Assembly: GCA_009914755.4 (NCBI GenBank) | Contig: CP068257.2 | Coordinates: 30,624,001-30,688,000 of the forward strand | Direction: 5' to 3' | From: the human T2T-CHM13v2.0 reference genome, Homo sapiens | Length of the DNA: 64,000 nucleotides | Shown here: positions 14,774-28,666 of the stretch, one piece after another | Numbering within the stretch: the first letter of the stretch is position 1 | How the letters are laid out: every line of letters starts with the position of its first letter | Notes under the pieces: generated by a model | Told to the model about the DNA's origin: nothing | Databases searched by the model: none | Seen by the model: the letters and a program-made list of their open reading frames with translations, nothing else | Program-made: the position numbers and the translations under genes

Positions 14774-15362
14774 CTATTGAATTTAAAAAATAAAAAAATA
14801 AAGAAACACACATATAATTAAAAATTATACATGGTTAAATATAATTAAGATATACACTTAATGCAATTTTGGATATGTCATACATTACAAGGTAGATATT
14901 CAGTGTTTAACAAAACTATTTAGAGGCATAAATTTTTTAAAAATAAAGCATAATTCTATCAACAGTAGTTCTCAACCTATAATCTACATCTCTTTTATAC
15001 AATCATCACCATCTCACCTATCTGGCAATGAGAAAATGTTAACATCCAACAACAAGGCTATTTATACCACAAGAATTGAATCAAACAAAATACTGATTTG
15101 AATCAAAGATGTATTTCTAGCTTTGCAGTGTTTTAATATATAGTTTTGATTTTGACATGACATGTCTTCCTCATTATTTTGTTGATTAAGCTTTAGCTTT
15201 TGAGTTCCCCAAAAATCAACTTTACTAACAACTGAAATGAAATAAGCACACTCTTCCTGCAATCAACACAGATGACGTTATGAGAATTATCGTTTGTGGG
15301 GGAGCACTTCTTCACTGACAAACTGTTCATACAAAGATATAAAATGTACAGAATAAAATTAC

Positions 15363-15459
15363 CTGTGTTAGAGACTTTTCTATTTCAACTCTGCTTTCAA
15401 GATTAAAAAGCTCTTTATCTTCTGACACAATTTGCTTTTCAGAGGACCCTAAAACATAA
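15363..15459 (-). CDS. MIS18A: MIS18A coding exon 4 (97 nt): (S)[32 protein letters not shown]
   Basis: Acceptor cttcag| (AG = plus 15461/15460), donor |gtaatt (GT = plus 15362/15361). Phase matches exons 3 and 5. Confidence 0.9.
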
Positions 15460-15488
15460 CTGAAGTACGGTACAAGGTTAAAATACAA

Positions 15489-15788
<300 letters not shown>

Positions 15789-16063
15789 CTACTGAACTAC
15801 TTTCAATTTTTAAAAACAACTGAATATACTTTTATTCCAAAAATTTTCTCACAGTGTTTTCTCCTACAATTTAGAGTGTCTGACTTTTCCAATACCAAAT
15901 AAAGAAGGAGGTCAAAGCAAAAAAAAAAAAAAATTACTGGCTTGTTAGAAATCATTACTTGAAAATATATTTAACCAAACAGTATTGATTTAGTTCTGAC
16001 AATTCCGTGCCTTAACTTTCTGAAACACCAGTTGTGAGGTAAACATTTATATATCAAACTTAC

Positions 16064-16186
16064 CTTTCAATGGCTTCAACACTGAGGCAAAACAAGTCTC
16101 TCTTGTAATCAAGATTCTTGGGCGTGCATCTGTACACGTAGCCAAGATTGAGTGAGCACCCCGCGCAGCACAAAGTCTCAAGGACG
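16064..16186 (-). CDS. MIS18A: MIS18A coding exon 3 (123 nt): (C)[40 protein letters not shown](S)
   Basis: Acceptor ttattgcag| (AG = plus 16188/16187), donor AAAG|gtaagt (GT = plus 16063/16062). Confidence 0.9.
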
Positions 16187-17285
16187 CTGCAATAAAGAAA
16201 TGTCTTGCTTTAGGAAACGAAGCAGCAACTCATTATAATAAAAATCTCACTGTTAAAATCCATAAACACCTCAGTTTCTCAAGTATGCTATTCTGACCAC
16301 ACTAGGTCATACATAAAGGATAGGAAAAAATGATAGTAAGATATTTACAATAAAAATGTAAAGACAGCCACGATGCCTTAAGTATCAAATGACAAGGGAC
16401 ATACAAAAAAGTGACAAGAGAGAATATTGAGGTGGTGTTTTTCTAGAATATAAATTCCTCCATCTGGTACTAATGTAACAAAGTGGAGAATAAATATTTT
16501 AGCCTCGCCAGCCATCTGGTGTCTGTCACTACTCACCTCTGCCATTGTAAAACGGAAGCACCTATAGACAATACTAACTGAATAACCTGTGTTCCAATAA
16601 ACTCGTATTCACAAATGGGTGCCCGCCCCATGGGCCATAGTTTACCAAACTCTGCTCTAGTGGAAGGTAATACTGCTTGGCTTAATAAAAAAAAAGTCTC
16701 TAAAGTTAGATGACAACCCATGTAATTGTTTCTTCATTCTAGTTACCTCTCAACTCAGGTTCCACACACTTGAATATACCCTCCCCCAAAGCCTATTCAT
16801 GTCTCCTTAAAACCTGGCTTAGAATCCAGTGTCTCCCAAACGCCTTGTTGAACTGACCCATCCAAATTTACCATTCTATAAATATACTAAAATTACCATT
16901 CCAACACATAGCAAAATGATAACTAGAGATTTAAATCTAGTAGTGATCACAGTAGTAAAACATACACCACAAACGATTTTTATTACAAAAGTATTCTAAC
17001 TCCTACTCAGTATGTGAAACACTTGTAATCACTAAATATCCATTCCTGCTATCAAGCAAAAGGGAGCTACCCAAGACTCACAGATTATAGACTACATCAT
17101 TGTTTACTTACAGATACTGAGACACTGTTAATTATTACAGCAACATATGGAACAAAGAACAAAATGGATCACCATCTGATTAAGTCATGAATTCTCACTG
17201 ATGATGTGATTAGCTGGATAGTATGCCACTGATTACATATTAAGTGTCTACGGGCTTTTATAAGCTTCTATATTTTAGTTTTATA

Positions 17286-17399
17286 GTAGAAATAGTCTCG
17301 CTATGTTGCCCAGGCTGGTCTCGAACTCCTAGCCTCAAGCAATCCTCCACCTTGGCCTCCCAAATGTGAGATTACTGGCAGGAGTCACCATACCCAGCC
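17286..17399 (-). mobile_element. Alu monomer/FLAM-like fragment
   Basis: gtctcgctatgttgcccaggctggtctcgaactcctagcctcaagcaatcctcc...cccagcc. Confidence 0.7.
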
Positions 17400-18554
17400 A
17401 GCTTGTTTAAATGTTTATATGAGAAATAAAAAGCATGTCGGTAAATCCCACTTAAATTACTCACAGTGAACAGGTAAACCTCCATGCTATATATCAAACC
17501 TCATTACCATTATAAGACCGCCTCACACCATTACCAAGACTGCAAACTAATATCTAATGTCATCAGCCAAGAAAGGACACTCAGAGAAACCAGAGGCTTG
17601 AACTCCCCAAATCCACTGAGCCATGAATAAGACTGTTTTATCCCGAGTTATCAAAATCAACCTAAACACCACCAAAAATAGGAACAAACCCATTCACACT
17701 TCTAGAATCATCTTGTGGAGCAATGAAGAGATGGTAGCTAGTATTAAGGCAGCAACTTTCCGCTTTCACAGTTGGCAAGAATTTGGCCAGCATTCACCCC
17801 TTTCATTGAACAGTAACATTGAGAAGGCAGTGCCAATAATCGTAAGGTGATGTTAGACAAGGAATAATCCGATTGTTAAGATCCTCAACAAAGGACAAAG
17901 TCAGACTTAACAGAGAAAACAGCACTGGCACCTTCACAACATATTTCTAAAGCCCACAGTGCTCTTGCTGACCATCAGCAGAAAGGCTCAGGCAGGTATC
18001 AAAAAATTCACAAGCATCCCAAAGCAACACGGGAGTGTGCAGCACACAACCCTAGTGAAGTCCAAGACAACTGAAGGCAGTCTAATCGATGGGTTTAGGT
18101 GATACAAACAGTATTAATAACTCTGGATCAAAGAGAGTGAATTCTCTATCAATCCTGATTAGAAAAAAGAAGAAAGTCTCGGTTTGGTGCTAGACTGTCT
18201 TTGACACTTGTCTCATAGTCGCAAATCTTTTAATAGTAACAGAACAGACCTCAGGCAGAGAACCAGCCAGGCAACAACATCTCAGCTAGAACTAATAACA
18301 TTTGTTTTCACTGTAATTATCTTCAGAGTTACTTTCTAGTTATGGCAAGTATGTATTTATGATAGTAAAAACAATCCTTTTAAGACAAATTTAAATAAAA
18401 ATTTTGAGTTGATTTAATTTTAAAAATTTAGTATGTAATAGCACAGTTGGTACCTGGTACACAAATAGGACAAAAATGATGGTGATATCAAAATGGCTAG
18501 AGCTAGAGCTAGAAAGTGGAGAAGAAAGAGCACTTCGAAGGCAGTAAGGAAGGG

Positions 18555-18660
18555 TAACAAGCATCATCCTAGCTCTTACTGCTAATTAGTCCTGTGACCT
18601 TAGCAAAGTTCTAGCCTCCCTGGGCCTAACTTTCTTCAACTACCAAATGAGAAATGATCT
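18555..18660 (+). mobile_element. MIR SINE fragment
   Basis: gtcctgtgaccttagcaaagttctagcctccctgggcctaactttcttcaactaccaaatgag ~ MIR core. Confidence 0.4.
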
Positions 18661-19846
18661 GAGGTGGGTTTTCCAAATTTTTATGGCCTGCATGCCGGCA
18701 CCACAATTTCTGTCACATCCACAAACCATCTGTACTATTACTAATTTATCTTAAATGGAGAAACTTTTTTTCTTTTTTTTTTTTTTTCACTTTTATGGAA
18801 GAGATACATAGGGCAAAGGTTACAGAAGGGGGACACAGAGCTTCCAAGACCTTTCTAGGTACACCACCCTCCCGGCATCTCATATTCACCAATCTGGAAG
18901 TTCTCTAAAACCCATGGGTTTTTTGGAGGTTTTATAACACAGGCATGATTAATTACACCATTGCTGATAATCTCTAGCCCCTCTGCCCTCGATGGAGGTA
19001 GGAGAAGAGGTTGGGGTAGGGCCAAAACTTCCAACCCTCTAATCATGCCTTGGTCCTTCTGGCCCCCAATCCTGAAGCTACATAGAAGCCCCCCAGCCAC
19101 AGTCACCTCATTAGGATTAAAAACGACATTATTATCACTCCAGAGATTCCAAGCATCTTAGAAGCTCTTCTGTCAGAACTGGGGACTAAGACCAAACATG
19201 GTAACAAAAGATACCCTTATCACCCCATCACTCAAGAAATCGAAAGGGTTTTAGGAGCGACTAAGTATTGAATGTTTCTGTCCCCTACCACATGTATAAG
19301 TTGAAATGGTAGCTCCTAATGTGATGGTATTGGGAGGAGGGGTCATCAGGAGGTATTTGGTCATAAGTGCACAGAGTAATTTTTTTTAAATTGAAATATA
19401 CTTTATTTGATAGGATACTCTAGCATCACTAAAAATGAAAAGCCAGTATTTTTAATACACATTAAAATATACACATAATTAATTTTTGTTTAACTGTGTA
19501 CCACCTAAAGTTATTTCATACGCAAGTGTAAGATACAGTTTACATTTGCAGCAACAATTATATAGGGCAGCGCTTCCCACTCAGTTTGCTCAGGCGTCAC
19601 TATGGCACATGGGTGGCAGGTATGGCAAGATATTTGTCCCCTCTACCCTTAAAGTGGCCACACAGGGCTTCAGATTGCTGGAGCTCCTGTGTTGTTTGCT
19701 CTTGCCACAAACAGCCTTGTCTGTTTACCCCAATAGGCTGTGTGTGTGACAGCAGCATTTTATGTGTGTGCCATAACATGAGAAAGTTGGGCAGCATTAG
19801 CCTAAGGCACCCTTTAACATTGAGATTTTATAATATAGGTATTTCC

Positions 19847-19848
<2 letters not shown>

Positions 19849-19877
<29 letters not shown>

Positions 19878-20161
19878 TTTGAGACGGAGTCTTTCTCTGT
19901 TGCCCAGGCTGCAGTGCAGTGGCGATCTTGGCTCACTGCAACCTCCACCTCCCTAGTTCAAGTGATTCTCCTGTCTCAGCCTCCTGAGTAGCTGGGATTA
20001 CAGGCCCGCACCACCATGCCCGGCTAATTTGTGTATTTTTAGTGGAGACGGGGTTTTGCCATGTTGGCCAGGCTGGTCTCGAATTCCTGACCCCCCGGTG
20101 ATCTGCCCACCTTGGCCTCCGAAAGTGCTGGGATTACAGGCGTGAGCCACCGCGCCCGACC
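19849..20161 (-). mobile_element. Alu SINE (reverse), long poly(T)
   Basis: t(28)gagacggagtctttctctgttgcccaggctgcagtgcagtggc...ggcgtgagccaccgcgcccgacc. Confidence 0.9.
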
Positions 20162-20485
20162 TTCTTTTTCTATTTTTATTTTTGATTTTCTTCAGCACCA
20201 AGCCCAAAGATCCAAAAAGGGAATGTCAGCATATGCTTTTAGAAATCTAGAAACTCTAACTTTTCAATATCTAAAGGTGACCACAACCACTCAAGAACTA
20301 ACATATTCCTTTCTAAAACAGGATATAGAAAAAGCAAAAAAAAGAACTGATATATGCGAACGACTGATTTTTTTACTATCATGAAAAGTTTTATCCCAAG
20401 TAATCTTACTACTAGTAATGACCTTTTAAAGATTTTTATTAAAGAAAATTCTCTAACATATTCATATAAATACAGTTTTACTCAC

Positions 20486-20552
20486 CAACCATTTTCCTTT
20501 TCACGTTTGGATAGCTTCTGTTCCTTATCCACAGAAACATTACAGGAAACAC
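20486..20552 (-). CDS. MIS18A: MIS18A coding exon 2 (67 nt): (C)VSCNVSVDKEQKLSKREKENG(C)
   Basis: Acceptor tttctag| (AG = plus 20554/20553), donor GGTTG|gtgagt (GT = plus 20485/20484). Phases 1/2 match exons 1 and 3. Confidence 0.9.
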
Positions 20553-20748
20553 CTAGAAACAGAGAAAGTAACAATAATTTATTAATGTAGTTCGTTATAA
20601 CATACCTGCAGACAGAGAGTTTCTAATCCAACTTTTTAGAACTCGGAGGACAAAAAATAAGCCCAAAGTCAAACACACAAAAGAGCGGTTTAAAACTAAA
20701 TGTACTGGGGTCTTCTGGGAAAAGATAGCAGAATAAGAGTTATTTCCA

Positions 20749-20873
20749 ACCAGGCGCAGGGACTCACACCTGTCATCCCAACCCTTTGGGAGGCCAAGGT
20801 GAGAGAATGGCTTGGGGCCAGGAGTTCGAGGTCAGCCTGGACAACATAACGAGACTCCATCTCTAAAAAAAAA
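20749..20873 (+). mobile_element. free left Alu monomer (FLAM-like)
   Basis: ccaggcgcagggactcacacctgtcatcccaaccctttgggaggccaaggtgagag...a-tail. Confidence 0.7.
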
Positions 20874-21860
20874 TTTTTAAATAAAAATTTAAGAAAAATT
20901 TTAAAAGGTTATTTCCTCCCTTTCCCTGAAAACCACTAACATTAATAGAATGGCTAAAATTAGAGGGGAAAATTCATTCCACAGTAAACTTGGAACAAGT
21001 AGAACCTCAAATCACACACTGCAAAGAATTATCTGCCAGATAGTGAAATTGGGTTCCAAACCTAGGAAGATGCAAACAGCCAACACATATATCTCCAGAT
21101 TTCAAACACAGGGCCCATTTCTCTAAAAGTAACTGAGAGGGTCCTCAGGATCCCAGCCACACATCTTTTACTTGAACAATGACTTGGACAGAGGTCACTG
21201 CTGGACTTCAGAGGCAGCAGCAAACATTCCCAAAGAATCCAGCTCTAGGAAACACTAAAGGACAGGGTAGAGGGTGAAGAGAAATGAAGAAGGGACATCT
21301 GACCTAAAATGGCCAAAACAGACTCTTGATTTCACGGCCTCCTACAGTCTACCTTAACTCGGTAAACTCCAACTCCATCTACCTGCTTGCTGAAATCAGA
21401 AACCAGGGTGTCATCCTTGATTCTTTGTCTCCTCATCCTGCTCCCCTGTATCTACTCCACTGATCCATCCCATCAATTCTACCTCACAAACTTCACTCCA
21501 GCCCCCAAACCACCAGCACCACCTCTTGCCTGGACTACTGCCCTGGCTCTTCACTAACCTCCCCACTTCCATACTTGTTCCTCCTTCAATGCTTTCTCCA
21601 AAGAAAATGCGGGGTCACATTACTCCCCTGCCTAAGCTAGCATAATAACGTACTCACTAGAACAGATTACTACTCTTTAGAACAGACTACAACGCCTTGC
21701 AGTTTCTGATCTCTTCCTTCCTCCCTAAATCTTATCTTTATTCTCTTTAACCAGTCTCAAGGCTTTTGCACCAGCTGCTCAGCACCTGTCAAAAGCAAAG
21801 AGCGTGACCAAGAACTGTACCTGCAGCCAAGCTAGCATTCACTTATAAATACAGGAAAAT

Positions 21861-22217
<357 letters not shown>

Positions 22218-22309
22218 TCAAACAATTCAGGAATGAAAAAGCTATTAAGAAGCTTTTTTATGTTAATGAGTACTGGAGTTGGGAAAACAATTTATATAAA
22301 CTTTATAGG

Positions 22310-22611
22310 ATTGGGTGCTGTAACTCACATCTGTACTCCCAGCACTTTAGGAGGCCGAAGCAGGGGATTGCTTGGGGCCAGGAGTTTGAGATCAGCCTGA
22401 GCAACATAGCAAGACTCTGTCTCTACAAAAAATTTAAAGATTAGCCAGGTGTTAGTGTGTATCTGTAGTCCCAAGCTACTTGGGAAGCTGAGCCGGGAGG
22501 ATAGTTTGAGCAGGCGTTCAAGGTTACATACAGTGAGCTATGATTGCGCCACTGTACTCCAACCTGGGCAACAGAGGGCTGTTAACCCACTATAACCCTA
22601 TTAAAAAAAAA
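22310..22611 (+). mobile_element. Alu SINE (older, AluJ/S-like)
   Basis: gggtgctgtaactcacatctgtactcccagcactttaggaggccgaagcagg...ccaacctgggcaacagag. Confidence 0.85.
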
Positions 22612-23024
22612 CCTATTAAATAAATAATCCTATTTTAAAAAATCATAGTTAGGCTGTTATAGCTACAGAACAGAATGTAAATGTACAGAATGTAAATGTA
22701 TAAACCTTGACAAAATGAAAATAATTAAACTAATTCAAATTGGGTAAGGAAGGAATGGAAATGAATCCGAGTTCATTTATTTGTCTTTACTGGGGGGTGT
22801 GGGGAGGTGTTAAATCCTATTATCTAAATCTGATAAATCAAAAAATGTATAGTTCTTTAAATTTTAAACTACTATTTTAGAACTATGTTTTAAATTTAAA
22901 AGCTATTGTTATAAAAATTAAATAACAAAAACAGTCTTTCTATAAGTAAAGCAAAACAACGAAAAGAGCCCACATGGCAAAAAATACACTCTATCGAAAC
23001 AAACAAATAAAATGAAAGATGTAA

Positions 23025-23443
<419 letters not shown>

Positions 23444-24340
23444 TGGTTTGATTTTGATAGGTGCAAAGAGTTAATCTCAACTTTCAGTTAACTACTGGAC
23501 ACTGGTGTGCTCCTTTATTCCCAGTATTACACCAAGGAAAACGTTCCAGAAACGTCGATAAGCCGGTGGTGAATTACTGCCATCGGAACATTTACGGCAT
23601 TCAAAGACAGAAAAAACTTCATCTTGAAAAATCACAATCCAAAAACAACAGCCATTCTTACACCAATTCATAAAAAATATGTGAACCACTTTATCCCTAA
23701 ATACTGCAAAAACATCAAAATGAGGGAACAGTGGAACAACAGAGGTAAGAGGTAACTGCTAGAACCAGGATTAGAAACTAATTCCTGCCTTCTTCTGAAC
23801 TCTTTTGCTACATCCTCCTTCCTCGCCAGTTTTCATGGGGTTGTTGGTGCTTTTATTGCAAGTTTCCTTCCCTTTCTTCCCTATAGCACTGTGTTCCGTC
23901 AACTCTGCGGCTCTATCACTGGAGGCTGTAGAGGCATCCGCTGATACACCAACAGCCTGCTAATTTCTATGGGGAGTAATAGTACTGGCTGCACCTCAAG
24001 TGCTTACAGTCTAGTTGACCATTTGTTTCTCTTTTTTTAGGGTCTTTAAAAGTGTTATTCTTTGTCGCCCTTTGTTTCTGAGTAATGCTCACGATGATGC
24101 TGATTCAACCACTGCTCTTCTGGGATCGGGGACCCCAGAAAAGAACCCACCGCCCGAGAGCCAAAGTGGAGGGGTGACCCTCCTCCCCTTTTCCTGCCAC
24201 AGCTCACACTCTCAGACTTTTTGCTCTTAAAGTCCCTGGGCAGCCCCAAGGAGCCCCCGCCTCCTCCCGGGCCGCCCACGCGCGGCACCCCTGGAAGAAG
24301 GCGACCCCACGCCCCCCCTGCCCGGCTCGACCCAACTGAC

Positions 24341-24674
24341 AGCGAAGCAGGATGCAGTTGGTGTCCTCCTGGCTGGCCACCCAGCTCAGCGAGTCGCCCA
24401 GCGGCCGCCGGCAGCCGGAGCACAGGAACACCAGCGGCCTCTCCTCCGCAGCCGCCGCCTCCTCCTCCAGCTGCGCCCTCTCCATGTCGGCCACCGACGC
24501 GTCTTCGCTCATGGAGCTCCACATGCTCGCCCACTTCTGCAACAGCTGGTGGCGGCTCGAGTCTTCGGAGAGTCTCTTGCCCAACAGCGAGGAGTCGCTG
24601 CATTTGCCCTTGTCGCCGCACTCACAGCCGCCAGCGCATCCTCTGCTACACCTCAGTGACCGAACGCCTGCCAT
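24341..24674 (-). CDS. MIS18A: MIS18A coding exon 1 (334 nt): [40 protein letters not shown]...[11 protein letters not shown](C)
   Basis: ATG = plus 24674-24672 (minus). Donor CGCT|gtcagt (GT = plus 24340/24339). 111 codons + 1 nt. Recognised as the N-terminal Yippee/Mis18 domain protein MIS18A. Confidence 0.9.
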
Positions 24675-24760
24675 TACCTACAAATCGCCCGCGCCCCAGA
24701 GCGCCATGGGAAAAAAAACCGCCGCTGCTCATGCGCGGGGCGGGGAGCGGTGGCGGAGGC
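24675..24760 (-). other. MIS18A: MIS18A 5'UTR / TSS region (TSS not precisely determinable)
   Basis: Between the ATG and the GC-box/NRF1 cluster; contains a short in-frame uORF (uATG plus 24707-24705). Confidence 0.5.
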
Positions 24761-24783
24761 CGAGAAGGGGCAAAAGCCTGAAG

Positions 24784-24802
24784 GGGGCGGGACGGCGGGC
24801 GG
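24784..24802. promoter_or_regulatory. MIS18A: two Sp1-type GC boxes (gggggcggg, ggcgggcgg)
   Basis: Consensus GC boxes 50-120 bp upstream (minus sense) of the MIS18A leader. Confidence 0.6.
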
Positions 24803-24809
24803 CCTCTAG

Positions 24810-24822
24810 TGCGCATGCGCGC
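24810..24822. promoter_or_regulatory. MIS18A: NRF1 palindromic site TGCGCATGCGCG
   Basis: Exact match to the NRF1 consensus YGCGCAYGCGCR. Confidence 0.65.
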
Positions 24823-25135
24823 CGTGCGGCCTTGGCCAAGCGTGATAGTCACTGCGCCTGCGTCAGGTTTTCCAGCCTGAAGAAATTGATGATGCAGACC
24901 TGTTTGCTTGTCTTCCTAAGGATTATTCACCCCTTTCCGTGGGAGGGGCAGCGTCACTGAGAAAGTTACGGGTTGCAAGCTTGAGTGTCTAAGAACCGCC
25001 TGGCGAGCTTCTTAAGCAGATCGCCAGGTTCCATCTTCGCAGACTCTGGTTCAGCAGGTAGCAGGTTAGCCCGAGAATCTGCATTTCTAACAAGCTCCTA
25101 GGCGTGCCCACGCTGTCAGTATTGGCAGCCCAACC

Positions 25136-25263
25136 TTTTTTGGGGGGTGGGGGGGGGGGAGTTTTTCTATGTTGCCGGTCTCGAACTCCTAGCCTTAAGC
25201 GATCTTCCCTACTCGGCCTCCCAAAATGCCAGGATCGCAAGCGTAAGCCACTGTGCCAGACCA
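25136..25263 (-). mobile_element. Alu fragment (reverse)
   Basis: ttctatgttgccggtctcgaactcctagccttaagcgatcttcc...gtaagccactgtgccagacc. Confidence 0.75.
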
Positions 25264-26167
25264 CCACCCTTTTTCTTCTTTTTTGTAAGTGGACTAATTA
25301 TAGTTGTATATAAGCAGCTCCACTTTTGATGACCACTGCTCTATTTTGTCGGCTCCTGGGGACCTCCTTTCCATGAAGTGGAGAAGGAAGGGGATAGAGG
25401 AGTCCCTCATCACAGGGTCCTTTTGCGCACTGCTATCCCTGGAATGAGACCCTGGGAAGGGCCCCGGATCACTCAGGCTGTCACTGCAAGGAAAAAGTTG
25501 AGGAAGCAGCAGTGCCCCTGGAAAGCCTGGAAGTGTCCCTGCTGCTTGGATCAAGGAACAATTCGTCCTTGCAAGGAAGAAGCATCCCTTGTTGATGATA
25601 AGGACAGATTTCCTCAGCTGCCCCAGAAAGCCAGCCTCTGCCTAAAACACCGTAGGTCAGGAGGGAAAGCTGGCGGGGAACCAGCCAGCTGCACCACAGA
25701 CAGTCTGGTGGTATACCTGGGAAGAAAGCTACCTGCAAGGACCTACTCTGTTCCTACTACGCTCTGGGTGTCCCCCAAGTCACTGCCTATTTTGCTTGGT
25801 TGCATAAACTATTTATGTAAATGTACTTCCAATTTTAGTGCTTACAGCCACTAGCAAAAAGCAAAAGCTTTGGAGTCAGTGGTCCTGGTTAACTTACCCC
25901 TCCCTCCACAAGGTAGTAACAGTGTAGGGAACTGTGGAAAAGGCTGTTTGCCTTCCCTGAGTCTAATTCTTCATGGAGTAAATGGAGTCTGTTTCTTCAG
26001 TACTACACCAAGTTGTTCATGAGGATCGAGTTTTCTAATATTCATGAAAATACTTTGTAAACCCTGGCACACCATGCTCATGTTAATCACCTTCTTACTG
26101 GAAGAAAATGCTTTAGATAATTTAGGCTTTTTTTTTTTACCCATAGAATTCCCTTCCTTCCTTCTGC

Positions 26168-26305
26168 TTTTTTTTTTCTTTTCTTTATTTTTTCAGAGAT
26201 GATGTTTCAGTATGTTGCCCAGGCTGGTCTCGAACTCCTGGCCTCAAGCGATCCTCCTGCCTCAGCCTCCCAAGTAGCTGGAACTACAGGCATGCCTCAC
26301 CATAC
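26168..26305 (-). mobile_element. Alu fragment (reverse)
   Basis: gtttcagtatgttgcccaggctggtctcgaactcctggcctcaagcgatcctcctgcctcagcctcccaagtagctgg. Confidence 0.8.
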
Positions 26306-26847
26306 TTTGCCCCTTCTACTTTTGTAGAGCCAAGCCTGACCTTCCTGGACTGTTGTTTTCAAGCATAATATCTCTGGTACAACATTGATACAATCCACAT
26401 GAGTTCTTTAAGTAAGTGGCTAGTTACTTGGGGATTCAAAGGATCATCTTGTCTCAGACTTTGGGTTCCTATTGTCAATACTTAAATTCTATGATAGGAT
26501 GCCCCAGGAAAGAAGGAATACAAGGCCGAGCTGCGTGGTGACTTTCAGGGGCCCTATTTTTGCCTTAGTAGGCCTTTCTCTCCATAAAACAGTTAATAAA
26601 AATTTCATTTTATAGTCACATTGCTATGAAGATGATTATATTAAAATGATATCATAAAACATTTTTAGACCTGTAAGTTCATTTATTGCTCTTGATTAAA
26701 AAAATTGAAACATTTTCATGGTCCTTCAGAATATCATGGTTTGTAGGCATGATGCCTCCTGCACATCATGGAGAAGTTGGCTGATGCAAAATGAATTCCT
26801 CTATAGGCACAAGTGTGTTTGTATTAATATTATGAATATAAAAACAA

Positions 26848-27153
26848 GGCTAGCCATGGTGGCTCATGCCTGTAACCCCGGCACTTTGGGAGGCTGAAGC
26901 GAGAGAGTCACTTGAGCCCAGGAGTTTGAGAACAACCTGGGCAACATAGAGAGACCCTGTCTCTACAAAGATTTCAAAATTAGCCAGGCATGGTGGTGCG
27001 CCCCTGTAGTCCCAGTTGCTTGTGAGGCTGAGGCAGGAGGATGGGTTGGGCTTGGGAGGTCGAGGCTGCAGTAAGCTGTGATTATGCTATTGCACTCCAG
27101 CCTGGGTGACAGAATGAGATCCTGTCTCAAAAAAATAAAAAACAAAACAAAAC
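26848..27153 (+). mobile_element. Alu SINE
   Basis: ggctagccatggtggctcatgcctgtaaccccggcactttgggaggctgaagcgagag...ccagcctgggtgacagaatgagatcctgtctc. Confidence 0.9.
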
Positions 27154-27775
27154 CTCAGCTAACCACAAAATCATCATATTTATGGGAGGACAAAATGAGA
27201 TGCTTGAAAAAGATGACCTCGTAGTTTGTGGTTGTGGTTGCTTCCTAAACTACATTCTCACCGTACTTCCTAGTTATCTAACTAGGAGATTTGGATAAGG
27301 TTGAGTCCATCTCCACCACTCTCACCACCAGTTCCGGGAATGAGTCCCTAGAGGTTTAACCCGATCAATCAGGATGACCATGACTCTTCCATAGCGATTG
27401 GGGCAGGGATGGCACCTACCCCTGGCGACCCGTGCTGCTCCCCTGGCAATAGGGATTGGCTCAGAATAAAAACTTGGCCTTGTCAAGTTCAATTTTGCCC
27501 AATCTGAGTAAGGGAATCACAGAGAAACAGCACCCAATCTCTAGATCCTTCCAGTTGTGTGAGCCAACCAGTTCCAGTTATTGTGGAAGCCAGTTTCAAT
27601 TGTTGTTTTGTTTTTACTAGCAACCAAAAATGTATGTAGCAATCTGTTACAGTATGTTAAAATTGAAGTTTCCACTAAGACTCCAAGATGAAGTAAAAAT
27701 GAGATATCAAAGTGTGTGTGAGAGAGATTGCCCTCCTTCCTGGGGGAATCTTCAGAGTAGATTTAGGAGAGATGA

Positions 27776-28086
<311 letters not shown>

Positions 28087-28666
28087 GATTTCCTCCTTCT
28101 CTTAAACACCTCTCTCACACACTTTGGGAATATAAAGGAAGGGAGAAAATCGTGACCAAGATGACTTCACTGGAAGGATCTCTTTGGAGATGGGCCCCTC
28201 CCCAATAGAGAAAATGAGGGTATCTGCCTCCTTGCCTCAATTTGGCTGATAAGAGACTTTGAGGAGACACTTACATACCTGTTGGTTCCCAGGCACTTGG
28301 GGACAGGGTGACCTGCAGGAGCGTCAAGCTGCGTGTGTTTTGGTAGCACAACAAAGGCAAACAAGGTAGGTTGTCAGCCAGATCGGAACTTTGCTGGCAG
28401 GATGTCACCTAGAGTCTTAATTTCTGCCTAAGGAGCTAACCTGGAAGCACGAAGACTCCCCAGTGGTGAGTCAAGTGTGAACAGCACTCCTGGAGAACCA
28501 GGGCAGAGGGAAAGCCAGCCTGAGATGAGGCCTTGCCCAGTGGGTCATGGGCATGCACCTGGGATTTGGGATGTGCAGGGAGTCCCCGAGGGGACTAGGA
28601 GAGAGGGTCAGGTCTAACTAGATCTTACCTAAGAGTGCAAAACAAAGTTAGAACAAGTTCAAGTGT

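Larger units (their letters stand above)
24050..24960. promoter_or_regulatory. MIS18A: CpG island spanning MIS18A exon 1 and promoter (likely bidirectional)
   Basis: Very high GC and CpG density, unlike the flanking AT-rich sequence. Confidence 0.9.

Noticed and set aside
24055-24960. Cluster of 150–200-aa ORFs on both strands (e.g. 24055–24621 −, 24221–24781 +, 24352–24960 +) overlapping MIS18A exon 1
   Set aside because: They lie in a GC-rich CpG island where stop codons are rare in every frame. Only the − strand frame 24674–24341 is supported, by an exact match to MIS18A and by the downstream splice structure.
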